Part shown: positions 12,575-26,730 of the stretch, piece by piece
How positions within the stretch are numbered: the first letter of the stretch is position 1
Layout of the letters: each line of letters opens with the position of its first letter
NCBI GenBank assembly: GCA_035221665.1
Contig: CM069168.1
Coordinates: 18,042,001 to 18,106,000 of the forward strand
DNA from: Okamejei kenojei
Taxonomy: Eukaryota
Length of the DNA: 64,000 nucleotides
Reading direction: 5' to 3'
Program-made: the position numbers and the translations under genes
The notes under the pieces: model-generated
Seen by the model: only the letters and a program-made list of their open reading frames with translations
Databases searched by the model: none
What the model was told of the DNA's origin: nothing

Positions 12575-14116
12575 CTTTGAACAAAAGTAGAGAGATAATT
12601 TGGACGGAGTATTCAGTGGAAAGATAAATCTTCTTGACTATAATTATCTTCCCCTTTCTACTGAATTTTATTAAATGATAAACCCATATGACCTATCCTT
12701 CCCATGATGTCTCCATGAAAGAACCAATAGTAGGTCTAACTGTTCTATGGTAAATGTTTCCAATACAGGAATTATAATTCCCTTTTGAAAGTGACTTTTT
12801 GTTCAGCTTCCTCCATGCCTGCAATCCAGACACTTAAATTCTTCTTTAAAGCCTTCCAACTTGCATTAGTTCAGAGAAAAATCCTTCTTCCCTACAACTG
12901 CACTATGTGCCATGTGCAAAATTCATGCCATTTTCTCATCTAAGCTATTGTGACAGCACTCTCAAACCCTCTAATGGGAATATCATGAGTTATATAGTAT
13001 GGAAACAGGCCATTCAGCCCAACACATCCATACTAACCAATGGAAATATCTGGACTTGAAAAATAAATTGCTGTTCCTTCTTCATTGCACTGCGTAAATA
13101 CTGGAACACACTACCCAAAGCATTGCCCATATCTTGAACAAAACAAAAGGAAAAATATGCTGGAGAACCTCAGCGGGACAGGCAGAATTTCTGGAGAGAA
13201 CGAATGGGTCGAGAACCTTCTTCTGATCCGAAATTGCAGACATGAAACATCACTCATTCCTCTCCAGCGATGCTGTCCATCCTGCTGAGTTACTCCAGCA
13301 TTTTGTGTCTATCTTCAGTGTTAACCTGCATCTGTAGTTCCTTCCTACGAATGAAAAAAGTACATTCTCTTCCTGGATAACTTAACTTCCCCATCTCTGA
13401 AACCATAGTGCAAAATCTTCACATGCTCTTCTAATGCCATAACATGCTTCCAATGTGTGGAATTGGAAACAATATTTCATCTCAAATCTTTTAAAAAATA
13501 AAGTTGAGGATAACCTTTTTGCTGTCATACTCAATGATTTCATTAATAAAACAAGGGACGCCAATGCTTTTCTGAACAATCTTCTTATCCTTTCTTGTCC
13601 TGTTACAGAGATTGAAGTAAAAGCCCTGGGACATGATCACAGTGAATGGCGGTGTTGGCTGCAGGGCAGAGTGGCCTACTCCTGCACCTATTGTCTATTG
13701 ACAGACATTCAGCTGGTTTTTCTTGTGTTTGAGTGAAAAGTGTTTAAAAATAGCATGGAAAGGTTAACCTGGATGAAAAATACTTTCAAAGAAAACTTGA
13801 GTAAATGTTTATCCTGTCAAAATAGCAAAGAGCAATTTGCAAATTATTCTTGGGAAGCTTCTCCAGGTAACTTATGGGATTTCAATTCTAAAAGGATTAC
13901 ATTTTTAAAAATCATAATATAAGTTTGATGCAAATTTGTTTTTTTATATTACATCCCCAAAATCAGAATTACTCTGACTTTCATCAAATACTTTCTTAAC
14001 TGTCTGTCCAAAGATAATACTTCACAGCCCTCCACCATCAAATCTCTAGACTGTGAGGTAAATTTGGACCACCTGATAGTTTACCTTGTAGATCACCTTG
14101 TAAAGTATTAGCTCAC

Positions 14117-14220
14117 CAACGCTGTGTAGCCTGATCGATCAGGTGAATTAGGATCGGTTCCTTTTTCTAGAAAATTCTGCACCCTGCCAAGTTCACCATT
14201 ACAGGCTGCTGACCAGATGC
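14117..14220 (-). CDS. ANKRD39: ANKRD39 exon 2 ([35 protein letters not shown])
   Basis: 104 nt, GTGAGC donor, ankyrin repeat. Confidence 0.94.
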
Positions 14221-15254
14221 CTACATCGAGGGAAGAGGACATATTCAGGCAGGTAATTTCCCAGTTGTCTATCTAATAGAACTTGCTTCATGTAACTCTC
14301 CCATTGAAAAATCTACACTTCCTGCCCAATTGCAAATTAGCTACAATCACATGCAACAAACTCCACGACCTAAACAGCCTGCTCCTAGACCACTGGGGAC
14401 TATACATTCTCCCCTCACCATGATGCCTGTAAAGTTGCTTTATATTTATATTGCCTTGATAGAGAGAACTTTGGCCTGGGAGACATTACTGTCACATTAC
14501 TCATCTTGACAATGGATCTACAGCATTATTGGTATCTCTCCAGCACTTTGAGGTTTCTGTTGTTGATAGTCCAGGTGTTTGAAGGACGATCGCTGCTGCC
14601 CAGTGAAAGTTGTGGGCTTTGGATTAGAGGCCTTGATCTTGGCGATTACTTCTATTTTTCAGTAAAACTATGTTTTCTCAGGCGGATAATCGCTTACTCA
14701 GGCGGACACAGAAGAATCCAAATAACTATTAGGCAGACACAAAATGCTGGAGTAACTCAGCGAGACAGGCGGCATCTCTGGAGAGAAGGAATGGGTGACC
14801 TTTCGGGTCGAGACCCTTCTTCAGACCGATGTCTCGACCCTAAACCATCCTTGACCCGTCACCCATTCCTTCTTTCCAGAGATGCTGCCTGACCCGCAGA
14901 GTACCTCCAGCATTTTGCGTCTACCTTCAATTTAAACCAGCATTTGCAGTTATTTCCTACACCAAAGAACCATTAGATGAGAAAGAGGGGATTTGGTGCT
15001 GCCGTGGCCGATATTTATCCCTCTAATATCCCCAGAGGTACAGCATGCCCATGAAACACCCAGGAATATTCTGCGATTCATAAAATCAAAATAAAAGTGA
15101 AAGTTCTAACTTTAATTCAAATGCACATGTAACCGTGTAGATAAGCTTCGCACAGAAGGAATTTTGAGGAGAAATGAATGCAATGTTTGACGCTGTCAAC
15201 ATTGCTGATATACTGGCCCGCTCTGGGGAAGTCAAAGCTTGAATGGTTTTGTAC

Positions 15255-15357
15255 CTCTGTCAAAATCCATTTCCTCTAATGTCTGCTGTACACTTCTTGG
15301 GACTGAGGAGTCAAGAGAACAGCAGGCACAATCCAGACTATGGCTAGCCGAGGCCAT
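15255..15357 (-). CDS. ANKRD39: ANKRD39 coding exon 1 (MASASHSLDCACCSLDSSVPRSVQQTLEEMDFDR)
   Basis: CC..VQQTLEEMDF signature; GTACAA donor phase 1; an upstream acceptor (TTTTCTCTTGCAG) opens the exon at 15405. Confidence 0.92.
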
Positions 15358-15482
15358 GCTTCTGGTTGGAAGTAGTTGTCGCGGCCGTAGACCAGCAGAG
15401 ACGAGCTGCAAGAGAAAATTACTATTACTATTTAAGCTCCACCCAGGTCCCTTCCAATCTTTCTGTAGCTGTTCGGCACATC

Positions 15483-15535
15483 ATTAAAAACTAAAGATTA
15501 TAGAGGAGAGCTCCTCTATAATCTTTGATTAAAAC
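15483..15535. mobile_element. 36-bp hairpin element of the same family, imperfect TSD
   Basis: AAAGATTATAGAGGAG-AG-CTCCTCTATAATCTTT; flanks ATTAAAAAC / ATTAAAAC. Confidence 0.65.
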
Positions 15536-15679
15536 CATTTATACTTATACCCACTGGCAGACAGTTCTAAATCTCTGTTGGTGAAGATATTTTATGAATT
15601 CCCATTTTGATCTATTCGAGATCGCCTTTAAGTTCGTTATTCGCCACAATCGAGGAAAGGTTACGGAAGGGGAGTGCTT

Positions 15680-16640
15680 ACCCCTTTCAATTGGTCAGCA
15701 TGGCTCGTTCAAACCCCGCGCCGATCTTTTCCGCGCAACCTGGTCGCCCGCATTGTCTCCGGTAAATTCATCTTCTCGACCGGTTACCCCAAAAACAAAG
15801 CGGAGTGAGGGTTCTACCTCTGGCCACGACTGACTGGGTCTTCAATAGTTGACCACATCCAGACTTTAAATGTTTTCTCCACAGATACTGACCGATTTCC
15901 AGTGTTCTTTCTCTTGCATTTTTCTGTTGTTTTTTTTAATTATTTCGTCACCATCTTTAAAAAAACTGGGTCGATGGACTTGGCAAGGACTCGTCTGATA
16001 GTTAAGTTCCTCGCCAACATTTCCACTTTTAGATTCTAGATCTTCTGCACATCACCACTTTGAAACCAAAGCTAACATGGTAGTGCAAACCAAAGATACT
16101 AGCTCCTCTAGTATCTTTGGTGCAAACCTGATTCGCAAAACTATATGCCTAACCGCTGACTGGATCGTTACTCAAACCCCAGAAGCAATATTAAAATTGA
16201 AGGACGGGAAAGAATCTGCCCTGCATGCAATAAACTAAAGATGGCCGCAAAAACAGTGTGCACTCATGCAGACAAACCCTGGTGAGTCAGCATTTCCGAT
16301 ACCACCAATGTCAGCAATAACAGCAGTTTGAACTCGGACTATTTATCAGGACAAACACCTCCGTTTCACTCACCTCTTGAAAACACAAGGGTTCACGATG
16401 TAACTAACTGCAAAGATACAACCAAGTCCGCAGCCAATCCGAGCGGAGGGGGAAGGAACCGAAGTGTATCCAAATTGAAATGTCTGGATCGCCACAGAGG
16501 CGAAGAAATTCGTGATCACATTTCCTTACGGTCGCGACGAATTGTTTTGATTAAATGTACCCCAATTAAAAAAATAAAATTTCACCAATCATTACTTTCC
16601 ATGTTGATCTTGCATGTGAACACCAGATGGCGTAAAACAT
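15680..16640 (-). promoter_or_regulatory. ANKRD39 promoter region with two candidate non-coding first exons (donors at 15682|15681 GTAAGC and 16374|16373 GTGAGT), YY1-like and CTCF-like motifs
   Basis: CpG-enriched patches; AAGATGGCCGC ~16238; CACCAGATGGCG 16621-16632. Confidence 0.5.
16083..16127. mobile_element. 29-bp hairpin element with perfect 8-bp TSD GTGCAAAC (same family)
   Basis: GTGCAAAC-CAAAGATACTAGCTCCTCTAGTATCTTTG-GTGCAAAC. Confidence 0.75.
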
Positions 16641-19549
16641 TGGTATTTGTTTAGGGTTCAAACATAAATCACTATTTCAATGGTCTCGGCCCGAAACGTC
16701 ACCCATTCAATTAACTTCTAATAAGTGGAGTCGATCTTTATCAGTCCGGCTGAATCTCAATATCCCATCAAGTCACTGTTTGCTGACAAACGTTTAATCC
16801 GGCTTCTTCTCGAAATACTTAAGGATTTCCGTTTTTAAATGGTTAGACCTCAGGTATTATTTCATGCTGGTATCTTCCACAATGCAGTTTTGACAGCATT
16901 GCAATATTGCTGGACCAATATAATTACTGACGAGGTGAACTTGGAGGAAAGCCACAAAAGTATTTCTGGCCGTAACAGAGATCATGTGAAGAGGGGTAAT
17001 GCTAGAATAATCTGGGTGGCTTTCAACAACCCATTGTATTTGCCACCACCGCATACCATAACAAGAGGTGGCAGGAGATGACACTAGTTCAGTTTATTGT
17101 CACGTGTACCAAGGTACAGTGAAAAGCTTTTTGTTGCATGCTGACCAGTCAGCGGAAAGACTATACGGTTACAATTAAGCCATGCACAGCATACAGATGC
17201 ATGATAAAGGGAATAACGCTTAGTGCAGGATAAAGTCCCTCAAAGTCCGATTATAGAAACATAGAACAACAGGTGCAGGAGAAGGCCATTCGGCTCTTCG
17301 AGTCAGCACCGCTATTCAATATGATCATGGCTAAAATCAGTACCTGTTCCTGCTATCTCCCCATATCCCTTGATCACTTTAGCCCTAAGAGCTAAATCTA
17401 ACTCTCGGAGGGTCAGATAGTCAGAAGGTGCAGGTGGCCTTGCCAAGGCAGCTTGAAGAGTAGATGAAGTCAATGGAAGGGTGATTGGTTTGTGTGATGG
17501 TCTGGGCTGTGTCCACAACCCTGCAATTGCTTATGGTCTTGGATGCGCAAGGAGTTCAGCCTTGGGTTGTGGTAACACGCTCATTAGAGCGAGGTGGGAG
17601 CATGCGGGTGATGGAGAGGTTGGGACGTTTGGGAGTTCAATGTTCACATGCGCATGTCATTTGGCTGACATTTCAATGTAGTGCTGAGGGAGTGCTACAC
17701 TGTTAAAGATAGTCTTTTGAATTAGTTATTAAAATTTCCCTCTAAAGTAATTGTAGATAATTCCACGGCACTAGATTGAATCGCATAACCAACATGACAG
17801 TACTCAGATTATCTGAGCATTATCTCATTGCTGTTCACAAAATGACTGCCCTACAATTCTAAAGTGTCTAGATTTCTAAAATCTTTAATTGGTTATAGAG
17901 CACTTTCAGATGTCCTGAGTTTGTGAAAGATGCTATATTAAAATTAAAACACAAGTGAAAATTCTGTATTTAAATGGTGCTGCTGCAAAACCAGCAGAGA
18001 CGAAACAAAGCAAAACATGGACATTCGCTTTTCCTTTAAACTCACACCCTTGAGTTAGAAGGTTCCAGGTTGAAGCTCGACTGTGTGTGATCGAGTGACT
18101 GTGGTTGACCAGCATTGGGGAAAGGGGGTTATTGTTGCACAGTTGTAATTGAGACATTAAACAAAGACCGCAGATACTATTCAAGTTGATATACTAGATT
18201 CTGCATCACAATTCAAAAAACAGTAGATTGTCATGGTCAACAACCCAGCCTTGATTATTACCACAAAAAACTGCCACTTGTTTCATTTACAGTTAAGTGG
18301 GACTTTGGTTATTTATTTTCCTGTTGAATAGATCTCGCACTTTAGAAATAATTAGTTGTAAAGCGTTCTGGGCAGTCCAAGGACCCAACTATAGAAACAA
18401 TGAATCATGGAGACGCAAGAGACTGCAAATGCTGGAATCTTGACCAAACACAAAGTGCTGGAAGAACTCAGTGGGTCAGCATCTCGGAGGAAATGGACAG
18501 TGTTTCCCCAATCTAAAATGTCATCTGTCGCCTGTCCATTCCTTCCAACAATGCTGCCTGAGAAAATATTCTTCCAGCACTTTGTGTTTTGCTAAATTCA
18601 GAATTGCTCTGTTCCCACTGCCTGCTGTTCAGATACTATATGCTACGAGTAGAACCACTCACAAGAAATAATACTAAGGTTTTAACTTTTATAATTTTAC
18701 TGTAAAATGTAAAATTCTTAATTTTACTGTTCTGACAGTAACATTTTAGAAAACAAAGCAAAATAAAAAGCTGCAAATGTTGGAAAACTAAAATGTGAAA
18801 AATTCTGAAAATACTCAGCAAGTCAGATTCTCACTGAACAGGTAGCATCAATTGAGTTAAAAAAAAGTTTCTCTTCCCACCGATGCTGCCTAACCTACTG
18901 AGATTTTATTAATATTTTCAGCTTTTATTTTACATTTCAGAATCTGTCCTTCCCTGCCAACAATGATTCATGGCAAACTCCAACTTCAGTGTGGCCAGAA
19001 GTGATGGTCTCTGCTCAGATAAGGGCTCCTGCAATTCGATCAGTGTTCTTGCAAACTATGCAGCAAATGTGATGCGAGGTATATTTTTCTTTGGATCTTT
19101 ATCACAAGCGTGTAAGCCACCAGTCAATCTTGAGCTGAGAAAATGGAAGCCAAATAAATATAAGGCATGTTCCCAGTTTACAATGATCCATACAAGTTCT
19201 CCTCAATTGGTGCATGTTGTTGACAGCCTCCCAGGCAATTGGGAAAATGCAAATTCAAATGTTCATATGATTAATCTTTTAAATACTGTGATGCGTTTTC
19301 ATAGTCAAAATTGAACACTGCGTTGAGCTGAAATTGCACAGGGTTTAACATGTCAAGAAGTTTGAAGCTTAGTCCACAAGTCTTCTGACCAAGGGTTCCA
19401 AATCTGTGGAATTTCAACCATTCTCATTCACCTTTAAAACAGACCTTCCAGAGTCTCCTTTGCGTTCCCTTTGAACGCTGCCACTGAACCTTCGTTTTTC
19501 TCTCTACCTGCACAGGAGGTAAAGGTGGAGACTGCATGAAGTCGGGATT

Positions 19550-19758
19550 TCAATGTACATTGATGGTGGCTAGGGAGGGACTGAGTTCCATAGTCTGTTC
19601 CAGAGGGGATTGCTGTTCTTTATATTCAATGTGTCCATTCCGGTGGTGACCATACTCAAACTTAATCCTCATTTCTCCAATCTTTGATTTAGGCAAAATA
19701 TCTGGGATCCATTCAATTATAAAAGGAGTAGGTGCTTTCTGGTCGGGAGACATATTCC
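19550..19758 (-). CDS. C2orf42: C2orf42 last coding exon ([42 protein letters not shown]...NVH*)
   Basis: CTCATCCAG acceptor; spliced CDS 1623 nt = 540 aa. Confidence 0.93.
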
Positions 19759-20077
19759 CTGGATGAGAATAAAAGTTTCAAAGTGAAATTCACAAAAAGG
19801 CACAAAATTAAAATAGCTTTAATCAAAAATCTGTTCCACATCTTGTTTTATCCTCAGACATACACTGGCCAAAAAAGATCTATTTATTTGATGTCTCCTG
19901 GAGGAATGACATGAAAGAGTAGTTCAGATATGCCAATAGACTCTCCGAATAGCACAAATTCACAAAAAAAAAATTAACGGCAGTTCATGAATTAAGGAAT
20001 AACGGTAGCATTAATATTCATCTTCAGATATTAAATATAGAAGCACCCGAACATCCATCACCATCAGATATACTCAC

Positions 20078-20240
20078 CTACTCTCAGGAAGGTCTTAAGT
20101 TCCAGTGGTCGAATAGTTGGCTGCTTTTCCATCCGACTGTAAGCCTCAGCAATACTTTCAACCTGAACCTTTGGGCACTTGAACAACTCGTAAGTGCCAT
20201 CACGGTTTTCAACAAAACTGCGGGTAATCTCCAATGGCAT
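20078..20240 (-). CDS. C2orf42: C2orf42 exon ([54 protein letters not shown])
   Basis: 163 nt, GTGAGT donor. Confidence 0.93.
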
Positions 20241-21409
20241 CTGTAAGACAGAAAGGTTGCAAGAATTGTTAGCCGTCCCGAGAGCCATTTTCTGCTGTGC
20301 ACAACATGAATTAGATTAATATAATGTTAGCAGATTAAAATGTTTGTCTCTCAAACTTTTGAGTGGGTGATTTAAAAAAAAATGTAATTTACCCAAGGCA
20401 GTGTTTTTTTTGTATTTCATTTGCATGACCACCTGTTTCAGATATTCTGAAGAAGGATCTCGACCAAAAATGTCGCCTATTCCTTCGCTCCATAGATGCT
20501 GCCTCACCCACTGAGTTTCTCCAGCCTTTTTGTCTACCTTTAATATCATTAATACTGTGCATAGCAGAAAATGTTTCTTGGGACTGGTCAGTTAGAAGTT
20601 TATGATTCAACTTTAATTTGAGTGACTTGAGTACAAAAACCTATTCTGACACACCAAACCAAAACCGAGGGCTGCCAGAAATAAAGATTGGACGTAAAAC
20701 CATGAGAGAGTTATTTCTGTGTTGTGGCAATATTTACCCTTCCAAAATCACAAATGACTCTTTGATTGTTGCCACATTGCGTTTCATGGATCTTGCTGTG
20801 TGCATATTGGCCAAAACATTTTCTACGTTACAACAATGCGCACGCTTCAAAAGTATTTTATTGGCTACATTGTATTATATAAATACGTATTTTTTTCCCA
20901 AAAGAGACAGATTTTTAAATTTTGTTATCATATGGAATGTGCTTCCAATTTTTTCCCCACACGCAATAGAAACAGATTCAATAGTTACTTTCAAAAGTGA
21001 GTTGGATAGATACTTGAACAGAAAACCTGCAAAACCAGAGGGAAGGATCTTTGCTTTCACAGAATCCGCACAGACCAAAATGGGCCAAATGGCCTCTTCT
21101 ATGCAGTATGATTCTATGACCAACACGTAGACCATGATAGCTCAATCAGTAAATAATTAAGCTATGTAAGATAAACATTCTTATCTCCTCAGAAAGCGAA
21201 AATTCAAGGAACGGCATTTACTCCCGGGATCAAGGTTTATTTTTGTTCAGGGGGGTTATTGTTAGCACAAGTGGACACCAAAATGCTGGAGTAACTCAGC
21301 GGGACAGGCAGCATCTCTGGAGATTTCAACCATCTCTCTTTTTCAATTCCCCCCTCCCCCACCATCCCATCGACGTTTTATAACCACTTCCGAGAGATGT
21401 AATACCTAC

Positions 21410-21510
21410 CTCGGGGGTATCAAATATCTGTTTGATATGAAGAACATTTGTGATCTGCCAGGTGTACTTGGAGAACGTTCCCAGAGGTAATGCATCCTTT
21501 CGAACAAAAC
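21410..21510 (-). CDS. C2orf42: C2orf42 exon ([34 protein letters not shown])
   Basis: 101 nt, phase 1 to 0. Confidence 0.93.
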
Positions 21511-21830
21511 CTGAATTTAGGTTACAAACAGACAAAGGGAAAGGATAGTTAATTTCCCCTGCTATTTCCCGAGGCCCCAACAAACCAACCTCACCCCATG
21601 GCAGAAGTTACTGATTTAAAACCAACTGTTCACTCTATGTAACTTCAAATAAGTAAAGTTCTCAGTGGTTGGTCTATTTCTCCCTTTCCCCTTCTCAAAT
21701 CCACTTTGTTCTATTACCGGTCTACTTTTCCCCCGCATACTATAACCAAGATATAGTCCTGGGGTCTGGTCTATTTTCAAGCTAGTATTCCACAATGGTC
21801 TCTAGTGCATGATAGAGCATTTTGCATTAC

Positions 21831-21938
21831 CTGTGGTGGAGTTAGGAAGGCGTTTCTTTTTACTTCCCATGGAAATTCTCTGCTGCAGAGCATCGAAGAA
21901 AGCCTGAGGGACGTGGAACACCAGTGGCTCAGGTTTGC
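21831..21938 (-). CDS. C2orf42: C2orf42 exon ([36 protein letters not shown])
   Basis: 108 nt, canonical sites. Confidence 0.93.
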
Positions 21939-22911
21939 CTGCATTAACAACAACCTGCATTGAAATTACACCCTTGATAACGTGAACTACAGCTTTCAAT
22001 TATGCACCACCTCAAACAACAACTTGCATATATAGTTATCTTTAATGGGGTAATGTCTTTGCAAGGTTTAACAGAAATTTAATCAATGCAAATAAATCAT
22101 TTGACACCAACCCCAAGGAAGGCATCTTAGCGTAAGTGACTGACACTTTGGTCAATGAGCAAATGGCTTGAGAGAGCGAGTCAGCTCCCGAAGTGAGTGA
22201 AAATTATTGCTGTAAACACACAAAAGAGGAAAAGTCAGAGATTTTTTTTTTTTTAATTGTGTGTTGATGTAGAAAACTTTTAAAACACATCCCTTTCCTT
22301 CGCTCCATAGATGCTGCCTCACCCGCTGAGTTTCACCAGCACTTTTGTCTCCCTTTCTTAGCATCTCTAGTTGGAGTGAATGATATATGAAACCAACATG
22401 CACATAATTTTGAACAGCTTGGAAAGACCATGTTATGAAAAAGAATATTGGTGAATCACATCGGGTGCTTTTTAACACTGTCGGAGTTGCTACTAAAATG
22501 CAGCATTTTGAGAGGATGCTTGCTGAAGACAATATTTCCCAAATGACCTGATATATAATGAACTTTATGTCCACTATTTTAGTACTTTGAATGTGATTCC
22601 AATATTTATTATGGGAACAAGCATAAAGTTTTTTTTTCCTCAGCCACAGATTATAGTAATGAACGTAACTGGTACCTTAATGCACCCTGTGGTCAACAAT
22701 CGAATAAAATGGACGTGAAAATGGCATTGGTAATTTTTCCTAATAAACATCGCCACCAAGTAACGCAGCATTAAATGTTATTATTACAAAGCAAGACTAT
22801 GAGATGATAAAACAAAATGTTGTTGGTAGTATTATCAGCAACAATTAGAAGACAATTCTACAATGCAAGATCCTTTGATTTAGTTATAGTTTATAAAAGC
22901 ATATTGCTCAC

Positions 22912-23016
22912 CATCGAATTGGTAATGCATAGTTTGATTGATCCGTTCAGTGACACCAGCAAGCCAATCTTGAAATGACAAGTTCACTTGTGATTCATCT
23001 ATGGGTTGGCTCACAG
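22912..23016 (-). CDS. C2orf42: C2orf42 exon ([35 protein letters not shown])
   Basis: 105 nt, phase 1/1, strong polypyrimidine tract. Confidence 0.93.
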
Positions 23017-24163
23017 CTGAAAGAAGGAAGAAAGGTCTACAGTCTATATGAGCTGCTGTACTAAATACAAAAACATTTATATGTTGGGTGGCCGGTACCT
23101 TTAAAAACATTTTATATGTTGGGTAGCCGGTACATTTTCTCTAGGCATCAGCCATTATCACTGTGGAACTCTTTCACACTGTTGGAAAGCAAACCATATT
23201 CTACCCTAATGTTGGAAAGTGAGAAATAACCGACAAAGGAATTTGGCCAGGAACTTGCTTAGTAACTTATCCACAGCATAATATCTTAGCATTCCACCAC
23301 ACCAAACTGCTGACTATTTCTTTTTTACCATTTTCAATGCAAACATGAAAACCACAGCAAGTGGTTGCTACTGAGAGAGTGCTTTCTCATGTTAGAATTC
23401 CACAAATGCATTGTTGGCACTATCGAACATTATTAACTTTACACCTACATATGTAGTAGGGCCATTCTTTGGAAAGTGAACCCAAATGTCACACACATGA
23501 CTAGATGGCATCACATAAAGTAAACATTAAAAATACATGACCCATTTATGTAATACGTATAGATAGATAGATGGTTTGCTGATGACCTGCATGGATTTGG
23601 TGGGCTGAAGGGCTGCATCTATGACAGTGTTCTGATTTTGGGACAGAAGCTAGACGACAATCATGATAGAGAAAACTGGTTGATTGAAAGAAACTATTTG
23701 TAGGTGTGCAATGTCAGTCTATTACTGGACTATGCTGTTCCGTAGATTTGAGTCCAGTGGCTGAACAACAAAGTCTGAACGGAGTTTCATTTCCTGATGG
23801 GTAATAAGATGCAATAATCTGCACTTAACTGCTGGCTTAACATATGAAATGTGCTAATGCACTTTGCAAGAGCATTAACGTAATAAATCTTGATACCAAG
23901 TCACATAAGGACAGCTGAATACCTAGCTACTAGTGGAGAGATGAAATCGGTTGGTTTGGGAAATAGAATAAAATGGCAGAACTTATGCATTATGCAACAA
24001 TATAGGGTTTCAATTCCACAGCAGGACAGAACCACGGCCTGGAGGAGGAATCCAAACCATTACTGACAGTGAAGTCTGAAATGGTTTATGTGCTCCCATT
24101 AGTGATTTGACCTTATTAATTGTGATGTTACCCAGGGGAAAATGTAGTGGTGTAAGTGCTTAC

Positions 24164-24280
24164 CTGTTAAATCATCCTTTTTCCTCTTTTTTGCTTTTGA
24201 AATGGCATTGGCTGCCGCCTGAGCTGTGAAGTCCTGGGGGTAAATTGCCAGCAGTCGCCTCTCAGAATTCGGCTGAAGCC
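24164..24280 (-). CDS. C2orf42: C2orf42 exon (GLQPNSERRLLAIYPQDFTAQAAANAISKAKKRKKDDLT) with basic NLS-like stretch
   Basis: 117 nt, phase 1/1, GTAAGC donor; KAKKRKKD resembles human SKKRRKD. Confidence 0.85.
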
Positions 24281-24439
24281 CTAATTAAAGTTGTAATCAA
24301 TATTAGGTCAGCATCTCAAAATTAATATTCATAAATCCAATAGTGAATGAAGGAGGAAAATATTCAACCACAAAGAAGGCGAAAGATAACATTGATAGTT
24401 CAAAAAGCTATTTAGGTACAAGGTGCAGAAAGGAATGCA

Positions 24440-26580
24440 TGTTTATGAACATGGAGCTTGGAACAGCACAAGAACAGGCCCTTTGGCCCACAATCTCTGT
24501 GCCGAACGTGATGCCAAAACCATCACTTATCTACCTGCACATAATCTATATCGCTCCATTCCCTGCATTTAGCATTTGCCTACCCAAAGCTCTTTTAGAT
24601 GCCTGCTTCAACCACCACCACCAGCAGAGCTTTCCAGGCACTCACCACCCTCTGTGTAAACTTGCCCCGCACATCTCCTTTAAACTTTTCCCCTCCCATG
24701 TTAAAGCTATCCCCTTCAGTATATGAATTTTCCATCCTCTATAAAAGATTCTGACTGTCTACCCTATTCATGCCTCAAAATTGATATACATCTATCAGGC
24801 CTCCCCGCAACCTCTGGCATTCCAGAGAAAACAATCCGTCCGTCCACCCTCTCACTTTAGCTAATACCCCCCAATCCAGGCATCATTCTGGTAAACCTCC
24901 TCTGCACCCTCTCCAGTTTCCACATCCTTCCTGTAATGGGGAGACTAAATGTGCAAATGATAACCAAATGTGGCCAAACCAAAGTCCTATAAAACTGCAT
25001 CATTATTGCCTGGCTCTTATATTCAATGCCCGACTTAAGTAAGTTTATTGGCCAAGTATTCACATACAAGGAATTTACCTTGGTGCTCCACCCACAAGTA
25101 ACAACATGACATACAGTGACAGTTACGAAAGCAAGCATACCATATGCTTTGTGTAAGAAGGAACTGCAGATGCTGGTTTACACCAAAGATAGACACAAAA
25201 AGCTGGACTAACTCAGCGGGACTGGCAGCATCTCTGGAGAGAAGGAATGGGTGACGTTTCGGGTCGAGACCCTTCTTCAGACTATTTAGGGATAAGGGAA
25301 ACAAAAGATATAGACGGTGATGTGGAGAGATAAAGAACAATGAATGAAAGATATGCAAACAAAGTAACGATGATAAAGGAAACAGACCATTGTAAGTTGT
25401 TTGTTGGGTGAAAATGAGAATCAGGTGCGACTTGGGTAGGGTAGGGATAGAGAGAGGGAATGCCGGGGCTACTTGAAGTGAGAGAAATCGATATTCATAC
25501 CACTAGGCTGTAAACTACTCAATCAAAATATGAGATGCTGCTCCTCCAATTTGCTTTTAGCCTCAATCCGACAATGGAGGAGACCAAGGACAGAAAGGTC
25601 TGTATAGAAATGGGAAGGAGAATTAAAGTGTCCAGCAGCTGGGAGACCAGGTTGGTTCACGCGGGCTGAGAGAATACCACATGCTTTCTTTACCACTCTG
25701 TCTATTATTGTTACCACATTCAGGGAGTTATAGACTTGGACACCAAGATCCATCTATACATCAATACTGTTAAGTGTAATGCCATTAATTGTGTATTTTC
25801 CCCTTACATTTGACCTCCCAAAGTGCAACACCTCACACTTGCTTGATAGAAACTATATCTGCCATTTCTCAACCCATTTCTGTAGCTAATCTATGCCCCG
25901 TTGTATACTTTGACAGCCTTCCTCACAAAGCCACGATCTTGGTATCATAAGAAACTTACTAACCAACCCGTCTATGTTTACATCCAAATTAGCACAGATC
26001 TCTGCGGAACACCACTGGTCACATACATCCAGCCTTAATATTGTCCCTCCACCAAAACCCTCAGTCTTCTATCATTAAGCCAGTTCTGAATCCATATGAT
26101 CTAGTCATTATTTATCCCATGCATCTTAATCTTCTGGATCAACCAACAATGGGGGATTTTATCAAATTCCTTACTAAAATATATGTAGGTAACATCCACC
26201 GTCCTACCCTCATTGATCACCTTCACCACCTGACCTGCCATGTGCAAAGCTATGCTGGCTGTCCGTAATTAACTCATTCTCATCCAATTGGGAGTAAATC
26301 CAATCCCAAAGTACCCTTTCCAATAGCTTCCCAACCACTAACGTGAGGCTCACTGGCCTATAAATCCCTGGATGAATTCTACTTCCCTTCTTAAATAGAG
26401 GAACAACATTAGCTTCTCTCCAGTCCTCCAGCACCTCGCCCGTGGTTAAAGAAGATGCAAAGATGTTCGTCAAGATTGCTTACCCAATCTTCTCACTTGC
26501 CTCTCTCAAAATCCCATCAAGTCCTGAGGATTTATCCACCTTAATGCTCTTCAAGAGCCCCAACACCTCCTTCTTAATCT
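24440..26580 (-). mobile_element. Fragmented CR1-clade LINE with nested insertions
   Basis: EDWREANVVPLFKKG...YRPVSLT..VGKLLE (26210-26473); FYRTLVWPHL...ERVQRRFTRM (24857-25030). Confidence 0.82.
25152..25670 (-). mobile_element. Penelope-like element 3' end nested in a CR1 LINE
   Basis: HFNSPSH...LEEQHLIF remnant plus terminal repeat. Confidence 0.8.
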
Positions 26581-26730
26581 CAAATTAGTATTCTCAATTT
26601 GCACATTAGTATTTCCAGAGTTGATGAGGTTAGAAGATGGAAGTCTGTGTTGAACTTCAAGTCATTCCAACATTATTTGGAAATTCAGTATTTAATGCAG
26701 TTTAATTTATATTCATATTTTTGCACCTAC

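Noticed and set aside
16839-17084. Overlapping short ORFs upstream of ANKRD39
   Set aside because: No recognisable homology or splice support
20618-21130. 170-aa plus-strand ORF
   Set aside because: Intronic and antisense; its end is a decayed CR1 3' remnant; no coding signature
23070-23135. 29-bp tandem duplication (similar 23-bp one at ~5625-5680)
   Set aside because: Ordinary slippage duplications with no further structure
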